Positions 1 through 10,906 of a DNA stretch of 64,000 nucleotides are shown here, piece by piece. The number at the start of each line of letters is the position of its first letter. Position 1 is the stretch's first letter. This DNA comes from Ruminococcus sp. Lineage in GTDB: Bacteria > Bacillota > Clostridia > Oscillospirales > Ruminococcaceae. The stretch spans positions 5,884-69,883 of the forward strand of contig JAFUXL010000022.1 of assembly GCA_017470905.1 (NCBI GenBank). Reading direction: 5' to 3'. Made by a program: the position numbers and the translations under genes. The notes under the pieces were generated by a model. The model saw nothing but the letters and a program-made list of their open reading frames with translations, had not been told where the DNA came from and did not search any database.

Positions 1-350
1 CGGACAAAAATATCGCCGCCGACAAAATTTTCCGAGAGCCTTGCGGCAGCCTCTTTGCAGAGGGATAATTCTATAAGTGCGCCCTCAAGCTCCTTTTTCA
101 TCTTTTCAGCTTCTTCCTTCTGCGGCAGAAGGTAAGCCGTTTTCATATATATGAGCCTTGCAGCCATTTCGAGAAATTCCCCTGCAAGCTCCATATCCCG
201 TTCGTGCGCCTCTTCCATGAATTTCATGTACTGTTCGAGCAGCACGGATATTTCTATATCAAATATATTTAGCTTATGCTTGGTTATGAGATTTAACAGA
301 ACATCGAGAGGACCTTCAAACACATCGAGACTGAACGAGAATTTTTCCAT
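1..350 (-). CDS. scpA: Segregation and condensation protein A (3' end runs off the window)
   Basis: Manual translation from ATG at 350: MEKFSFSLDVFEGPLDVLLNLITKHKLNIFDIEIS...AGEFLEMAARLIYMKT, which carries the ScpA signature FEGPLDxLL. Not in the ORF track because it is open at the window edge. Confidence 0.93.
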   Translation of the reverse strand, partial: MEKFSFSLDVFEGPLDVLLNLITKHKLNIFDIEISVLLEQYMKFMEEAHERDMELAGEFLEMAARLIYMKTAYLLPQKEEAEKMKKELEGALIELSLCKEAAARLSENFVGGDIFV

Positions 351-351
351 A

Positions 352-1053
352 TCAGCTCCCGAATGTCGAGGGTATCCATGATGTAAGACCTCCGAGCAAA
401 TCCGAAACCACGCCTATGAGCCAGCCCAGAGGGTCAAAAAGCCCGTTTGTAAGCGTGGGCATGAAGAAAAGTGCAAGGAGTATTATGGTAGATGCCTGAT
501 TTATCGCCCTGTAATTGCTGTGATACCAGTTGAGGAATTTCGGCGGCGCAAACTGATATAATATATTGAAGCCGTCCATTCCGGGCAGGGGGAGAAGATT
601 TATAACGCCCAGAGATACATTTATCGCAGAAAGTATCGTGAGTATGAAGAATATGCAGAATATGGGGGTTATATCCGAAAGAGCAAGCTTCATGCGTATG
701 CTTTCCGAGCAGAGCATTATATTCATAACCAGATTGCACGCTATGGCAGAGAGAAAATGCGTTAAGGGTCCCGTAAGGGAGAGGATTATAATTCCCTTTT
801 TCCTGTCTCTCATTCTGTTCACGTTGAAGGGCATGGGCTTTGACCAGCCGAAACCGCACAGAAGTATCGCAAGCGAGCCAATCGGGTCAAGGTGCATGAA
901 AGGGTTGAGAGTTATTCTTCCGGCCTGTTCTGCGGTATCATCACCCTGAGATTTTGCGGCAAGTCCTCTTGCTGAATTTATTATCGGCATTACAAGCAGT
1001 ATCATCAACGCTCTTGAAAAATATTTCAGAAACAATCCAAATCCGCTGTTCAT
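352..1053 (-). CDS. Site-2 protease (M50) family membrane protein with a degenerate HExxH motif
   Basis: GRITLNPFMHLDPIG, GFGWSKP, GP and NLLPLPGMDG motifs; AAGGAG RBS; adjacent to scpA. The HExxH position reads INSAR. Confidence 0.88.
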   Translation of the reverse strand: MNSGFGLFLKYFSRALMILLVMPIINSARGLAAKSQGDDTAEQAGRITLNPFMHLDPIGSLAILLCGFGWSKPMPFNVNRMRDRKKGIIILSLTGPLTHFLSAIACNLVMNIMLCSESIRMKLALSDITPIFCIFFILTILSAINVSLGVINLLPLPGMDGFNILYQFAPPKFLNWYHSNYRAINQASTIILLALFFMPTLTNGLFDPLGWLIGVVSDLLGGLTSWIPSTFGS

Positions 1054-1069
1054 TAAAAAACTCCTTTCC

Positions 1070-1210
1070 TGAATGGGGGATGCTGCTTAAAATCTTCCCC
1101 AAGCCCCTTAATCCTGAATGGGGGACGCTGCTCTGAAGCCTTGCGCCTCCGCTCACTGCACTGCGTTCCGTTTACTCACGGCACAACAGCAGCTTTCCCC
1201 CAAGCCCCCT
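1070..1210 (+). repeat. Intergenic repeat family A, one short and one full tandem copy
   Basis: TGAATGGGGGA...TTCCCC(C)AAGCCCCT occurs twice. The core CCTTGCGCCTCCGCTCACTGCACTGCGTTCCGTT is shared with the copies at 1693, 19058 and 46003. Confidence 0.75.
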
Positions 1211-1410
1211 GAAAAGCAAAATCAGTTAATATTTACTATTATACAACAAATGCACAAATTTTTCAAGTGCAAAAGGCAAATTTAATGATTTTTAAAAAAA
1301 TTCGGAATTTTTTTCAAAAAAGACTTGCATTTTCCGAAATTTTATGATACAATATTCATGTTGTCCGATTTGCGGGACTTATCTACGAGATTGTAAGGAG
1401 GTGCAGCCTG

Positions 1411-1596
1411 ATGGCAAAATGTGAAATATGCGGAAAGGGAGTTACTTTCGGTATCAAGGTTTCCCACTCTCACAGACGCACAAACAGAACATGGAAGCCT
1501 AATGTAAAGCGTGTTAAGGCTATCGTCAAGGGTACTCCTTGTCATATATACGCTTGCTCAAGATGCCTGCGTTCAGGTAAGGTTGAGAGAGCCTGA
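1411..1596 (+). CDS. rpmB: 50S ribosomal protein bL28
   Basis: MAKCEICGKGVTFGIKVSHSHRRTNRTWKPNVKRV; AGGAGG RBS. Confidence 0.98.
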   Translation: MAKCEICGKGVTFGIKVSHSHRRTNRTWKPNVKRVKAIVKGTPCHIYACSRCLRSGKVERA

Positions 1597-1624
1597 AAAA
1601 GCTTTCATTAAAAATTAAAATCAA

Positions 1625-1660
1625 AAGGGACGTTTCACAGCGGAGCGTCCCTGATTTTTT
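1625..1660 (+). terminator. Intrinsic terminator after rpmB
   Basis: GGGACGTTTC/GGAGCGTCCC stem followed by a T-tract. Confidence 0.8.
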
Positions 1661-1692
1661 ACATTACAGGCGGCTTTCCCGAACCCGTTATC

Positions 1693-1792
1693 TGAAATGG
1701 GGGAGCCGCCATTTGAGCCTTGCGTTTCCGTTCACTGCGCTGCGTTTCGTTCACTCAAAACGCAAGGGCGGCTTTCCCACCCAAGCCCCCCT
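1693..1792 (+). repeat. Intergenic repeat family A, full copy
   Basis: TGAAATGGGGGAGCCGCC...GCCTTGCGTTTCCGTTCACTGCGCTGCGTTTCGTTCACTC...GGCGGCTTTCCCACCCAAGCCCC aligns with 1115-1210. Confidence 0.78.
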
Positions 1793-1878
1793 TTTTAAAA
1801 ATAAAAATCCAGCATGACAAAATATGCCGAAATTTGGATTATAATTTCGGCACAATCAACAAAAATTTAAAAAACCAC

Positions 1879-1915
1879 TTGACATAGTTGACATAATGTA
1901 TTATAATGATATAAT
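1879..1915 (+). promoter_or_regulatory. Two overlapping consensus sigma-A promoters for rpoBC
   Basis: TTGACA(1879)-17-TATAAT(1902) and TTGACA(1888)-16-TATAAT(1910), the second with an extended TG. Confidence 0.8.
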
Positions 1916-2076
1916 GTATCAATATGAAAAGAAATCGCTTATTCTGCAAGATATTATACCATACTTACGATAATCTTGTCAATAGTTTTGCGATAATTTT
2001 TTTCTTTGGACGATACCGCTTGACAAAAACTTTCCCCTTCGCAGGAAAGATTATAAAATACAAGGAGGTTCCGCCT

Positions 2077-5000
2077 ATGGTGAATGTAACACCTAAGCAG
2101 CTGGGAAAAAATGTCAGAATGAGCTTCGGTAAAATTACCGAGCCGCTTGAAATGCCTAACCTTATCGAGGTTCAGAAAAACTCCTATCAATGGTTCAGAG
2201 AAGAAGGACTGAGAGAGGTTTTCCGTGATATGACCGCCATTACCGACTATAACGGAAATCTTGTCCTCAATTTCAAGGATTACAGGTTCGATGAAATTCC
2301 GAAGTATACCCTCTCCGAATGTAAATCAAGAGGTGCTACCTATCAGGTTGCAATGAGAGCCACGGCTACACTCTGCAACAAGGAAACAGGTGCTGTCAGC
2401 GAAAGCGAAATCTATATGGGAGATTTCCCCCTCATGACCGACAGCGGCACTTTCGTAATAAACGGTGCGGAGCGTGTCATAGTATCTCAGCTTGTCCGTT
2501 CGCCGGGTGTTTACTACGGTTCTGAAAAGGACAAAACAGGCAAAGACCTTTTCAATACAACCGTTATCCCCAACAGGGGCGCATGGCTTGAATATGAAAT
2601 GGACTCCAACGATGTCGTTTATGTCCGCATAGACAAGAACAGAAAAATTCCGCTTACTACGTTTATCCGTGCGCTCGGCATAGGTACCGACGAGGAAATA
2701 TACGAGCTTTTCGGTGCAGACGAAAGACTCAAACAGACAATCCTCCAGAAAGACCAGACAAAAAACAACTCCGAGGCACTCATTGACGTTTACAAGAAAC
2801 TCCGCCCCGGCGAGCCTCCTACGGTGGAAAGTGCCGTTACCCACCTCAATAACCTCTTCTTCGATGCGAAAAGATATGACCTCTGCCGCTTCGGAAGATA
2901 CAAATACAACAAAAAACTCGGCATAGCCTCACGTCTTGCGGGTCATGTGCTTGCCCAGCCCGTTGTCAATCCCCTTACGGGCGAGATAATGGCTGACACG
3001 GGCGAAACCGTTTCCTACGAAAAAGCCTGCGAAATCGAACAGGCAGGCGTTTATTCCGCTTTCGTAACCGTTGAGGCAAAGGAATACCTCACCAACGAGA
3101 GAGGCGAAACCACTATCCAGATGGTGGAAAGAGTTGCAAAAATCATCGGAAACGGCATGGTGGACATAAAGGGATATGTCGGCTTCGATACCGAAAAATA
3201 CGGAATAAATGAAAAGGTTTCGTTCAAGGTTCTCCGTGAAATTCTCGAAAATTCCGCAGACGAGGACGAAATCGAAGAGAATATAAAGAAAAAAGCCGAT
3301 GAGCTTGTACCGAAGCATATCATTCTTGACGATATATTCGCCACGATAAGCTATTTCATAAATCTCTGCGAGGGTGTAGGCACTGTCGATGACATTGACC
3401 ACCTCGGCAACAGACGTATAAGAAGCGTGGGCGAGCTGCTCCAGAACCAGTTCCGCATAGGCTATGCCCGTATGGAGCGTGGTATCCGTGAGAGAATGAA
3501 TATCCAGACTCAGGACGTGAATACCCTCACTCCCCAGACACTTATAAACATAAGACCCATTTCATCGGCTATGAAGGAATTTTTCTGTTCTTCGCCGCTT
3601 TCGCAGTTCATGGACCAGAACAACCCCCTTGCCGAGCTTACTCACAAGAGGAGACTTTCAGCCCTCGGACCCGGAGGACTTTCCCGTGACCGTGCAGGAT
3701 TTGAAGTGCGTGACGTTCACTACAGCCACTACGGAAGAATGTGTCCTATCGAAACTCCCGAAGGTCCGAACATCGGTCTTATCTCCTATCTTGCGACTTT
3801 TGCAAGAATAAACCAATACGGCTTTATCGAAGCTCCCTACAGAAAGGTTGACAAGGAAACAGGTGTTGTCACTACCGATGTAGTATACATGACCGCCGAT
3901 ACGGAGGATAATTTCGTTGTCGCTCAGGCGAACGAGCCGCTTACCCCCGACGGAAAGCTTGCAAGATCCCGTGTAAATGCCCGTCACCGTGACCAGATAC
4001 TCGAAATCGAGCGTGAAAAGGTTGACTACATGGACGTTTCGCCGAAAATGGTCGTATCTGTCGCTACCTCGATGATTCCTTTCCTCGAAAATGATGACGC
4101 AAACCGTGCGCTCATGGGTTCAAATATGCAGAGACAGGCAGTTCCGCTGCTCAAAACGGAGCGTCCCTTTGTCGGCACGGGTATGGAATACAAAGCCGCT
4201 GTCGATTCGGGCGTATGCATAGTTGCAGAAAATGACGGAAGAATAACCTATGTAGATGCCAATAAAATCCACATGATTGATACAAAGGGCATTGAACACA
4301 AATATGAGCTTATCAAGTTCAAGCGTTCAAATCAGGGTACCTGCGTAAACCAGAGACCCATTGTATCCGTGGGCGAAGAGGTTAAAAAGGGTCAGGTTCT
4401 TGCAGACGGTCCCGCTACTGCGGACGGCGAAATCTCCCTCGGAAAAAATGCCCTCATAGGATTTATGACATGGGAGGGCTATAACTACGAGGATGCCGTT
4501 CTCCTCAACGAAAGACTTGTAAGAGAAGATGTTTTCACATCCGTTCACATAGAAGAATACGAAATCGAGTGCCGTGACACAAAGCTCGGTCCGGAGGAAA
4601 TTACCCGTGATATTCCCAATGTCGGCGATGATGCCCTCGCAAACCTCGATGAAAACGGTATCATAAGAATAGGCTCGGAGGTTACTTCGGGAGATATTCT
4701 CGTCGGAAAGGTTACTCCCAAGGGCGAAACGGAGCTTACGGCGGAGGAAAGACTTCTCCGTGCGATATTCGGCGAAAAAGCCCGTGAAGTAAGGGACAAT
4801 TCCCTCAAAGTGCCTCACGGTGCGGCAGGTGTTATAGTTGATGTAAAGGTATTCACAAGGGAAAACTGCGATGAACTCAGCGCAGGTGTAAATATGCGTG
4901 TAATCTGCTATATCGCTCAGAAACGTAAGATAACGGTCGGCGATAAAATGGCAGGCAGACACGGCAACAAGGGTGTCGTTTCGAGAATACTCCCCGAAGA

Positions 5001-5988
5001 GGATATGCCTTTCCTCCCTGACGGTACTCCGCTTGACATAGTACTCAACCCCCTCGGCGTTCCCTCACGTATGAATATAGGTCAGGTTCTCGAAGTCCAC
5101 CTCGGAATGGCGTGCAAGGCTCTGGGATGGCATATCATGACCCCAGTATTTGACGGCGCACACGAAAATGATATTCGTGAATGCTTCAAGGAGGCTAACG
5201 CTCACAGTCTCGCCCACAGGGACGATATGTTCGAGCTTAAAGCAATGGATAAGGTTATCAACCCCAATGCCCTCGAATTTACGGAGGACTGTAAATTTAC
5301 ACTCTATGACGGACGCACGGGCGAAAAATTCGACAACCGTGTAACTGTCGGCTATATGTATTACCTTAAACTCCACCACCTCGTTGACGATAAAATCCAC
5401 GCACGTTCTGTCGGTCCTTACGCTCTCGTTACGCAGCAGCCTCTCGGCGGCAAGGCGCAGTTCGGCGGTCAGCGTTTCGGAGAAATGGAAGTATGGGCTC
5501 TGGAGGCTTACGGCGCAGCTTATACTCTCCAGGAAATACTCACGGTAAAATCGGACGATACTATCGGACGTGTAAACACCTATGAAGCTATCGTCAAGGG
5601 ACAGAATGTTCCCACCCCCGGCATACCCGAATCGTTCAAGGTACTTATCAAGGAAATGCAGTCGCTTTGTCTCGATGTAAAGGTTCTCGATATAAACCAG
5701 CAGGAAATCGACCTCAAGCAGAACTTTGACGATGACCCGCTGCCCTCAAAGGAATCGTTCTCCGATGAAAATACGAGCGACAATACGGACTATTCGGACG
5801 ATGACATCAGGGAAGAGGGCTATCTCATGGACGGCGAGGAGGGCATCGAGTCGGATTCCTCCGCAGATGACGACCTTTCCTATGATGAAAATGACGATTT
5901 TGACGATTACGATGACGATGAGGAACTCATTGAGGACGATGCCTTTGACACCTTCGACCTCGGCGACTCGGACGGCTTTGACGATTAA
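2077..5988 (+). CDS. rpoB: DNA-directed RNA polymerase subunit beta
   Basis: [50 protein letters not shown] and GGQRFGEME motifs. Start moved to ATG 2077 after AAGGAGG. Confidence 0.99.
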   Translation: MVNVTPKQLGKNVRMSFGKITEPLEMPNLIEVQKNSYQWFREEGLREVFRDMTAITDYNGNLVLNFKDYRFDEIPKYTLSECKSRGATYQVAMRATATLCNKETGAVSESEIYMGDFPLMTDSGTFVINGAERVIVSQLVRSPGVYYGSEKDKTGKDLFNTTVIPNRGAWLEYEMDSNDVVYVRIDKNRKIPLTTFIRALGIGTDEEIYELFGADERLKQTILQKDQTKNNSEALIDVYKKLRPGEPPTVESAVTHLNNLFFDAKRYDLCRFGRYKYNKKLGIASRLAGHVLAQPVVNPLTGEIMADTGETVSYEKACEIEQAGVYSAFVTVEAKEYLTNERGETTIQMVERVAKIIGNGMVDIKGYVGFDTEKYGINEKVSFKVLREILENSADEDEIEENIKKKADELVPKHIILDDIFATISYFINLCEGVGTVDDIDHLGNRRIRSVGELLQNQFRIGYARMERGIRERMNIQTQDVNTLTPQTLINIRPISSAMKEFFCSSPLSQFMDQNNPLAELTHKRRLSALGPGGLSRDRAGFEVRDVHYSHYGRMCPIETPEGPNIGLISYLATFARINQYGFIEAPYRKVDKETGVVTTDVVYMTADTEDNFVVAQANEPLTPDGKLARSRVNARHRDQILEIEREKVDYMDVSPKMVVSVATSMIPFLENDDANRALMGSNMQRQAVPLLKTERPFVGTGMEYKAAVDSGVCIVAENDGRITYVDANKIHMIDTKGIEHKYELIKFKRSNQGTCVNQRPIVSVGEEVKKGQVLADGPATADGEISLGKNALIGFMTWEGYNYEDAVLLNERLVREDVFTSVHIEEYEIECRDTKLGPEEITRDIPNVGDDALANLDENGIIRIGSEVTSGDILVGKVTPKGETELTAEERLLRAIFGEKAREVRDNSLKVPHGAAGVIVDVKVFTRENCDELSAGVNMRVICYIAQKRKITVGDKMAGRHGNKGVVSRILPEEDMPFLPDGTPLDIVLNPLGVPSRMNIGQVLEVHLGMACKALGWHIMTPVFDGAHENDIRECFKEANAHSLAHRDDMFELKAMDKVINPNALEFTEDCKFTLYDGRTGEKFDNRVTVGYMYYLKLHHLVDDKIHARSVGPYALVTQQPLGGKAQFGGQRFGEMEVWALEAYGAAYTLQEILTVKSDDTIGRVNTYEAIVKGQNVPTPGIPESFKVLIKEMQSLCLDVKVLDINQQEIDLKQNFDDDPLPSKESFSDENTSDNTDYSDDDIREEGYLMDGEEGIESDSSADDDLSYDENDDFDDYDDDEELIEDDAFDTFDLGDSDGFDD

Positions 5989-6063
5989 CAGTCTTTATCG
6001 GCTACAGGGCGCATATCACCGCATATGCGCCGTGTACAGTGCATTATGCAAGGAGGCAGCAGT

Positions 6064-9000
6064 TTGGAATTTAATACTTTTGAATCAATAAAAATCGGTC
6101 TTGCGTCACCCGAACAGATAAGAAGCTGGTCATACGGTGCGGTTGAAAGACCAGAAACCATAAACTACAGAACTCAGAAGCCCGAAAAAGACGGTCTTTT
6201 CTGCGAAAAAATCTTCGGACCGACCAAGGACTGGGAATGTCACTGCGGTAAATTCAAGAAGATACGCTTCAAGGGAAAAATATGCGACCGCTGCGGCGTT
6301 GAGGTAACAAGGGCAAGGGTAAGACGTGAACGCATGGGTCATATCGAGCTTGCAGCCCCCGTTTCACATATATGGTATTTCAAGGGTACTCCGTCAAGAA
6401 TAGGACAGGTGCTTGAAGTCTCCCAGAAAAGACTTGAAGAAGTACTCTATTTCACAAAATATATAGTTACCGACCCCGGAAATACGGAGCTTGTAAAAAA
6501 ACAGCTCCTCACGGAAAAGGAATATCTCTCCTATCTCGAAAAATACGGCGATGACTTCAAAGCCGAAATGGGTGCTGAGGCTATCAAAAAGCTCCTCAAC
6601 GAGTACGACCCTGCAAGATACGATACCCAGAAGAACCGCCTTGTCGAAACAGGCAGAATATCACTTGGTTCCGGCAGAAAGGTTCAGTGCTTTGCCAATC
6701 CCATGGAGTGCGGCTGCGATGAGTGTATGGCTTTTGCGGCTCTCCCCGATGTAGAGTGGAAAAACAATATCGAAATAGTTGCAGATGACCTTAAAAACGA
6801 ACTTGTCGGCTCCCCGTCAGGTCAGAAGAAGGTCAAGCTCCTCAAAAGACTCCAGATAATCGAGGCTTTCCGCCTTTCGGGAAACAAGCCCGAATGGATG
6901 ATACTCGATGTCGTTCCCGTTATTCCGCCCGATTTAAGACCCATGATAATGCTTGACGGCGGACGTTATGCAACATCAGACCTCAACGACCTCTACAGAC
7001 GTGTTATCAACAGAAACAACCGTCTGAAGAAAATGCTTGAACTCGATGCCCCCGACATCATCGTCAGAAACGAAAAGCGTATGCTTCAGGAGGCTGTCGA
7101 TGCCCTCATAGACAACGGCAGACACGGCAGGGCTGTCACGGGTCCGAACAACCGTCCCCTCAAATCCCTTTCGGATATGCTTAAAGGCAAGCAGGGACGT
7201 TTCCGTCAGAACCTCCTCGGAAAGCGTGTTGACTATTCGGGACGTTCGGTTATTGTCGTAGGCCCTGAACTCAAAATGTATCAGTGCGGACTTCCGAAGG
7301 AAATGGCTCTCGAACTTTTCAAGCCCTTTGTCCTTAAAAGGCTTGTCGATAAAAAGGCTACATCAGGTTCGAATATAAAAAGCGCAAGAAAGCTCATCGA
7401 CCGTGCGGATACAAAGGTATGGGACGCTCTCGAAGATGTAATCAAGGACCACCCCGTAATGCTCAACCGTGCGCCTACGCTCCACCGTCTCGGTATCCAG
7501 GCATTTGAACCGATTCTCGTTGAGGGACGTGCAATAAAGCTTCACCCCCTCGTATGCTCGGCTTTCAATGCCGACTTTGACGGCGACCAGATGGCGGTAC
7601 ATCTTCCTCTTTCGGCAGAGGCTCAGGCAGAGGCAAGATTTCTCATGCTTGCGGCGAATAACCTACTCAAGCCCTCGGACGGCAAGCCCGTTGCCGTACC
7701 CTCTCAGGATATGGTACTCGGTTCCTATTATCTCACAATGGATAAGCCCGGCGAACCCGGTGAGGGCAAGGTATTCCGTGATGTGAATGAGGCTCTTATG
7801 GCTTACAATGAGCATGACGTTTCGCTCCACGCAAATATCAGGGTTAAAATAACCAAGGATATCGGCGAAAAGAAGGTCTCGAAAATTATAAACGCAACTG
7901 TCGGCAGGCTTATATTCAATGAGAATATCCCCCAGAACCTCGGCTATGTTGACAGAACCAATTCGGATAAGCAGTTTGACCTCGAAGTCGCTTTCCTCGT
8001 CGGAAAGAAACAGCTTTCGGATATTATCGAACGCTGCATAAAAATCCACGGAACGACAACAACCTCCGAGGTACTCGACAGGATAAAGGCTCTCGGATAT
8101 AAATATTCCACAAGAGCAGCCCTTACCGTTGCGGTCTGCGATGCGACAATTCCTCCCCAGAAAAAGGAAATACTCGCCCGTGCGGACGATGAAGTCGCAG
8201 AAATTACTCAGGAATACAACTACGGCTATATATCCAAGGAAGAAAAAACCAAGCGCATTATCAGCCTGTGGACAGATACCACAGATGAAGTTACCTCAAA
8301 GCTTAAAGAGAATTTCGACCGCTATAATCCCATATGGATGATGGCTGACTCAGGTGCGAGAGGTTCAATCTCACAGATAAGACAGCTTGCAGGTATGCGT
8401 GGACTTATCGCAAATACTTCGGGTACTGTCATCGAAATCCCGATAAGAGCAAATTACCGTGAGGGTCTTAATATCCTCGAATACTTCATAGCTTCACGAG
8501 GAGCAAGAAAGGGTCTTGCGGACACGGCACTCCGTACCGCCGATTCGGGTTATCTTACCCGCCGTCTTGTTGATGTTTCGCAGGACGTAATCATCAGGGA
8601 AGAGGACTGCGGCACTTCGGACGGCATTGAAGTATACGAAATCAGAAACGGCAACGAAGTCGTTGAACCGTTCTCTGAAAGACTTGTCGGCAGGTATCTC
8701 TCCGAGGATTTGCGTGACGAGGGCGGCGAACTTATCGTTTCAAGAAACAAGCTCATCAACGATGCAGATGCAAGAAAGATTATCGATTCGGGCATAGAAA
8801 AAATCAAGATACGCTCCGTTCTCAACTGTAAGGCGAGAAACGGCGTATGCGCAAAGTGCTACGGTGCAAACCTTGCAAATAACAATATTGTATCTGTCGG
8901 AGAGGCTGTCGGCATAATTGCTGCGCAGTCAATCGGTGAACCCGGTACGCAGCTTACCATGAGAACATTCCACACGGGCGGCGTTGCCTCTGCCGATGCG

Positions 9001-9795
9001 GAGGATATTACACAGGGTCTTCCCCGTGTCGAGGAGCTTTTCGAGAGCAGACGACCCAAGGGTGCGGCTATACTTTCGAGAATACCGGGAAGAATACACA
9101 TCGAGGAAGTCAAGACCACAAGAAATATTGTTGTCACCAATGACGAGACTGGCGAAACGGAAAGCTATATGATACCCTACAACCTCAAAATACGTGTTCA
9201 GGAGGGCGAAATCATAACCAAGGGCAGCCGTCTCACGGAGGGCAATATCTACCCCACGGATATTCTCAATATCCTCGGTACGCAGGAAGTACAGAACTAT
9301 ATCATAAACGAAGTACAGAAGGTTTACCGCTTGCAGGGTGTTGACATCAACGACAAGCACATCGAGGTAATTGTCCGCCAGATGCTCCGCAAGATAAAGG
9401 TCGAGGAAACAGGCAGCAGCTATCTCCTCCCCGGCACTCTTGTTGACAGGAAAGAAATCGATGCAGTAAACGAGGAGCTTCAGGCTCGTATTGATGCAGG
9501 CGAATATGATGTACAGCTTGTACAGACAAGTCCCGTGCTTCAGGGTATTACCAAAGCCTCTTCAAATTCCGACAGCTTCATGTCTGCGGCATCCTTCCAG
9601 GAGACAACCAAGGCTCTCACAGATGCGGCTATCAGGGGCAAGAGCGATAAGCTTCTCGGTCTTAAAGAAAATGTTATCATCGGAAAGCTCATACCTGCGG
9701 GTACGGGCATGGACTGCTACAGTCATGTAAAGGTTGTAAAAAACGAGACATTTTCCGACCACAGCGCAAGTTCACTCACAGGTTCGATAGTCTGA
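6064..9795 (+). CDS. rpoC: DNA-directed RNA polymerase subunit beta'
   Basis: NADFDGD active site, N-terminal Zn site, GKRVDYSGR and QLTMRTFH. Probable TTG start at 6064 after AGGAGG. Confidence 0.99.
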   Translation: MEFNTFESIKIGLASPEQIRSWSYGAVERPETINYRTQKPEKDGLFCEKIFGPTKDWECHCGKFKKIRFKGKICDRCGVEVTRARVRRERMGHIELAAPVSHIWYFKGTPSRIGQVLEVSQKRLEEVLYFTKYIVTDPGNTELVKKQLLTEKEYLSYLEKYGDDFKAEMGAEAIKKLLNEYDPARYDTQKNRLVETGRISLGSGRKVQCFANPMECGCDECMAFAALPDVEWKNNIEIVADDLKNELVGSPSGQKKVKLLKRLQIIEAFRLSGNKPEWMILDVVPVIPPDLRPMIMLDGGRYATSDLNDLYRRVINRNNRLKKMLELDAPDIIVRNEKRMLQEAVDALIDNGRHGRAVTGPNNRPLKSLSDMLKGKQGRFRQNLLGKRVDYSGRSVIVVGPELKMYQCGLPKEMALELFKPFVLKRLVDKKATSGSNIKSARKLIDRADTKVWDALEDVIKDHPVMLNRAPTLHRLGIQAFEPILVEGRAIKLHPLVCSAFNADFDGDQMAVHLPLSAEAQAEARFLMLAANNLLKPSDGKPVAVPSQDMVLGSYYLTMDKPGEPGEGKVFRDVNEALMAYNEHDVSLHANIRVKITKDIGEKKVSKIINATVGRLIFNENIPQNLGYVDRTNSDKQFDLEVAFLVGKKQLSDIIERCIKIHGTTTTSEVLDRIKALGYKYSTRAALTVAVCDATIPPQKKEILARADDEVAEITQEYNYGYISKEEKTKRIISLWTDTTDEVTSKLKENFDRYNPIWMMADSGARGSISQIRQLAGMRGLIANTSGTVIEIPIRANYREGLNILEYFIASRGARKGLADTALRTADSGYLTRRLVDVSQDVIIREEDCGTSDGIEVYEIRNGNEVVEPFSERLVGRYLSEDLRDEGGELIVSRNKLINDADARKIIDSGIEKIKIRSVLNCKARNGVCAKCYGANLANNNIVSVGEAVGIIAAQSIGEPGTQLTMRTFHTGGVASADAEDITQGLPRVEELFESRRPKGAAILSRIPGRIHIEEVKTTRNIVVTNDETGETESYMIPYNLKIRVQEGEIITKGSRLTEGNIYPTDILNILGTQEVQNYIINEVQKVYRLQGVDINDKHIEVIVRQMLRKIKVEETGSSYLLPGTLVDRKEIDAVNEELQARIDAGEYDVQLVQTSPVLQGITKASSNSDSFMSAASFQETTKALTDAAIRGKSDKLLGLKENVIIGKLIPAGTGMDCYSHVKVVKNETFSDHSASSLTGSIV

Positions 9796-9810
9796 TAATT
9801 TAATTGCAAT

Positions 9811-9843
9811 AAAAGCCTGTCCCACGATTGTGGGGCAGGCTTT
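9811..9843 (+). terminator. Terminator after rpoC
   Basis: AAAGCCTGTCCCAC/GTGGGGCAGGCTTT hairpin. Confidence 0.8.
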
Positions 9844-9846
9844 AAA

Positions 9847-9884
9847 AAATATCGGCAGAGTGTCTTAATCTCTGCCGATATTTT
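9847..9884 (-). terminator. Terminator for the convergent pspA operon
   Basis: AAAATATCGGCAGAG/CTCTGCCGATATTTT hairpin. Confidence 0.75.
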
Positions 9885-9895
9885 GTCATATGATG

Positions 9896-10066
9896 TTATA
9901 TTCCGCAGTCGTCATAGTCCTTCCACTTCTCGAAATACACCTTATTGCTCCAGCTTTTATAGAGGATATAAAGTATCGAGCTGAGTGCAATAAATATCGC
10001 ACCCACGATAGGGAGGAACATATTGAGAACCTTTTTGGGATTTATTTCGTCTTTTTTACTGCTCAT
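9896..10066 (-). CDS. Small single-pass membrane protein
   Basis: MSSKKDEIN...FLPIVGAIFIALSSILYILY...WKDYDDCGI; lies downstream of the pspA-like gene. Confidence 0.7.
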   Translation of the reverse strand: MSSKKDEINPKKVLNMFLPIVGAIFIALSSILYILYKSWSNKVYFEKWKDYDDCGI

Positions 10067-10094
10067 AATTTTTCCTTTCCGTGATGACAGCGTT

Positions 10095-10796
10095 TTATTC
10101 ATCATCCTTGGGATTGGTTTTTTCGCCGTCCGTTTCAGCCATAAGTCTTGCGATTTCTGAGTCTATCCTGTCATTTTTTTCAAATGCTGATAAAATCTCA
10201 TCGGTATTTTTGCCGACGGAAAAATCGTCCGCAATTTCGGCGATTGCATCGGCTTCAGCCTCTTTGCGTCTTACTTCCTCCTCAAAGCGGCTGAATTTAT
10301 CCGCCGCACCCGATTTATCAAAACCGCCGAGGGTTTTTGCGAGCTGCTTTTTTATATCGGCAGCCTGCGACCTTGCGACAAGTGCTGCTCTTTTAGCCTT
10401 TGCGGTTTCGAGCCTGTTCCTGAGAATTTCAACCTGTTCTGCGGCAGCCTTTGCCTGTGCTGACACGGTGTTATACATTTTCTCATAGGTTTTCACGCTT
10501 TCATCGGCATTTATCTTTTTTTCGAGAGCCTGTTCCGCAAGAGTGCGGTTATTTTCATTAAGTGCGGATTTTGCCTTATTTTCCCAGATTTGTGAGATTT
10601 TCAGGGCATCCTGATATTTCCTGTATATGAGCCGTTCGCTTGCCCTGATTTTTCCGTATTTATTGATACATTCGTCAAGCTCTCCGTGCATATCGGCGAT
10701 AAGCTTTGTCACTGTTCTTTCGGGGCTTTCGGATTTATCCGCAGGGTCACTGAAATTTTTTTCAACAAAGTCAAGCAGTTTTTCAAATATATCCAT
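10095..10796 (-). CDS. pspA: PspA/IM30 (LiaH-like) family protein
   Basis: Coiled-coil pattern with ESPE, WENKAKSAL...LAEQALEKK, KAKRAALVAR and FSRFEEEV; AGGAGG RBS before ATG 10796. Confidence 0.88.
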   Translation of the reverse strand: MDIFEKLLDFVEKNFSDPADKSESPERTVTKLIADMHGELDECINKYGKIRASERLIYRKYQDALKISQIWENKAKSALNENNRTLAEQALEKKINADESVKTYEKMYNTVSAQAKAAAEQVEILRNRLETAKAKRAALVARSQAADIKKQLAKTLGGFDKSGAADKFSRFEEEVRRKEAEADAIAEIADDFSVGKNTDEILSAFEKNDRIDSEIARLMAETDGEKTNPKDDE

Positions 10797-10906
10797 CTCA
10801 AAAACCTCCTGTTCCGTAATCATACAGCGGTTTTATCACGCTGATATAATTATAGATTATCGGGAGCATTTTGTCAAGTACTTCAGATGATTTCACCTGA
10901 TTTTCA

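Noticed and set aside
1248-1266. AAATGCACAAATTTTT as another family B copy (similar fragments near 23390 and 52310)
   Set aside because: Too short and AT-rich, with no hairpin or TIR; the 1248 fragment overlaps a likely minus-strand promoter.
1924-2076. N-terminal extension of RpoB in the ORF track (similar extensions for rpoC, infC, folD and pdp)
   Set aside because: Strong SD sequences point to downstream starts that match the usual N-termini.
6688-6768. Mini-intein in RpoC (CFA...NN)
   Set aside because: Only 27 aa, no intein blocks, and the next residue is Ile rather than C/S/T.
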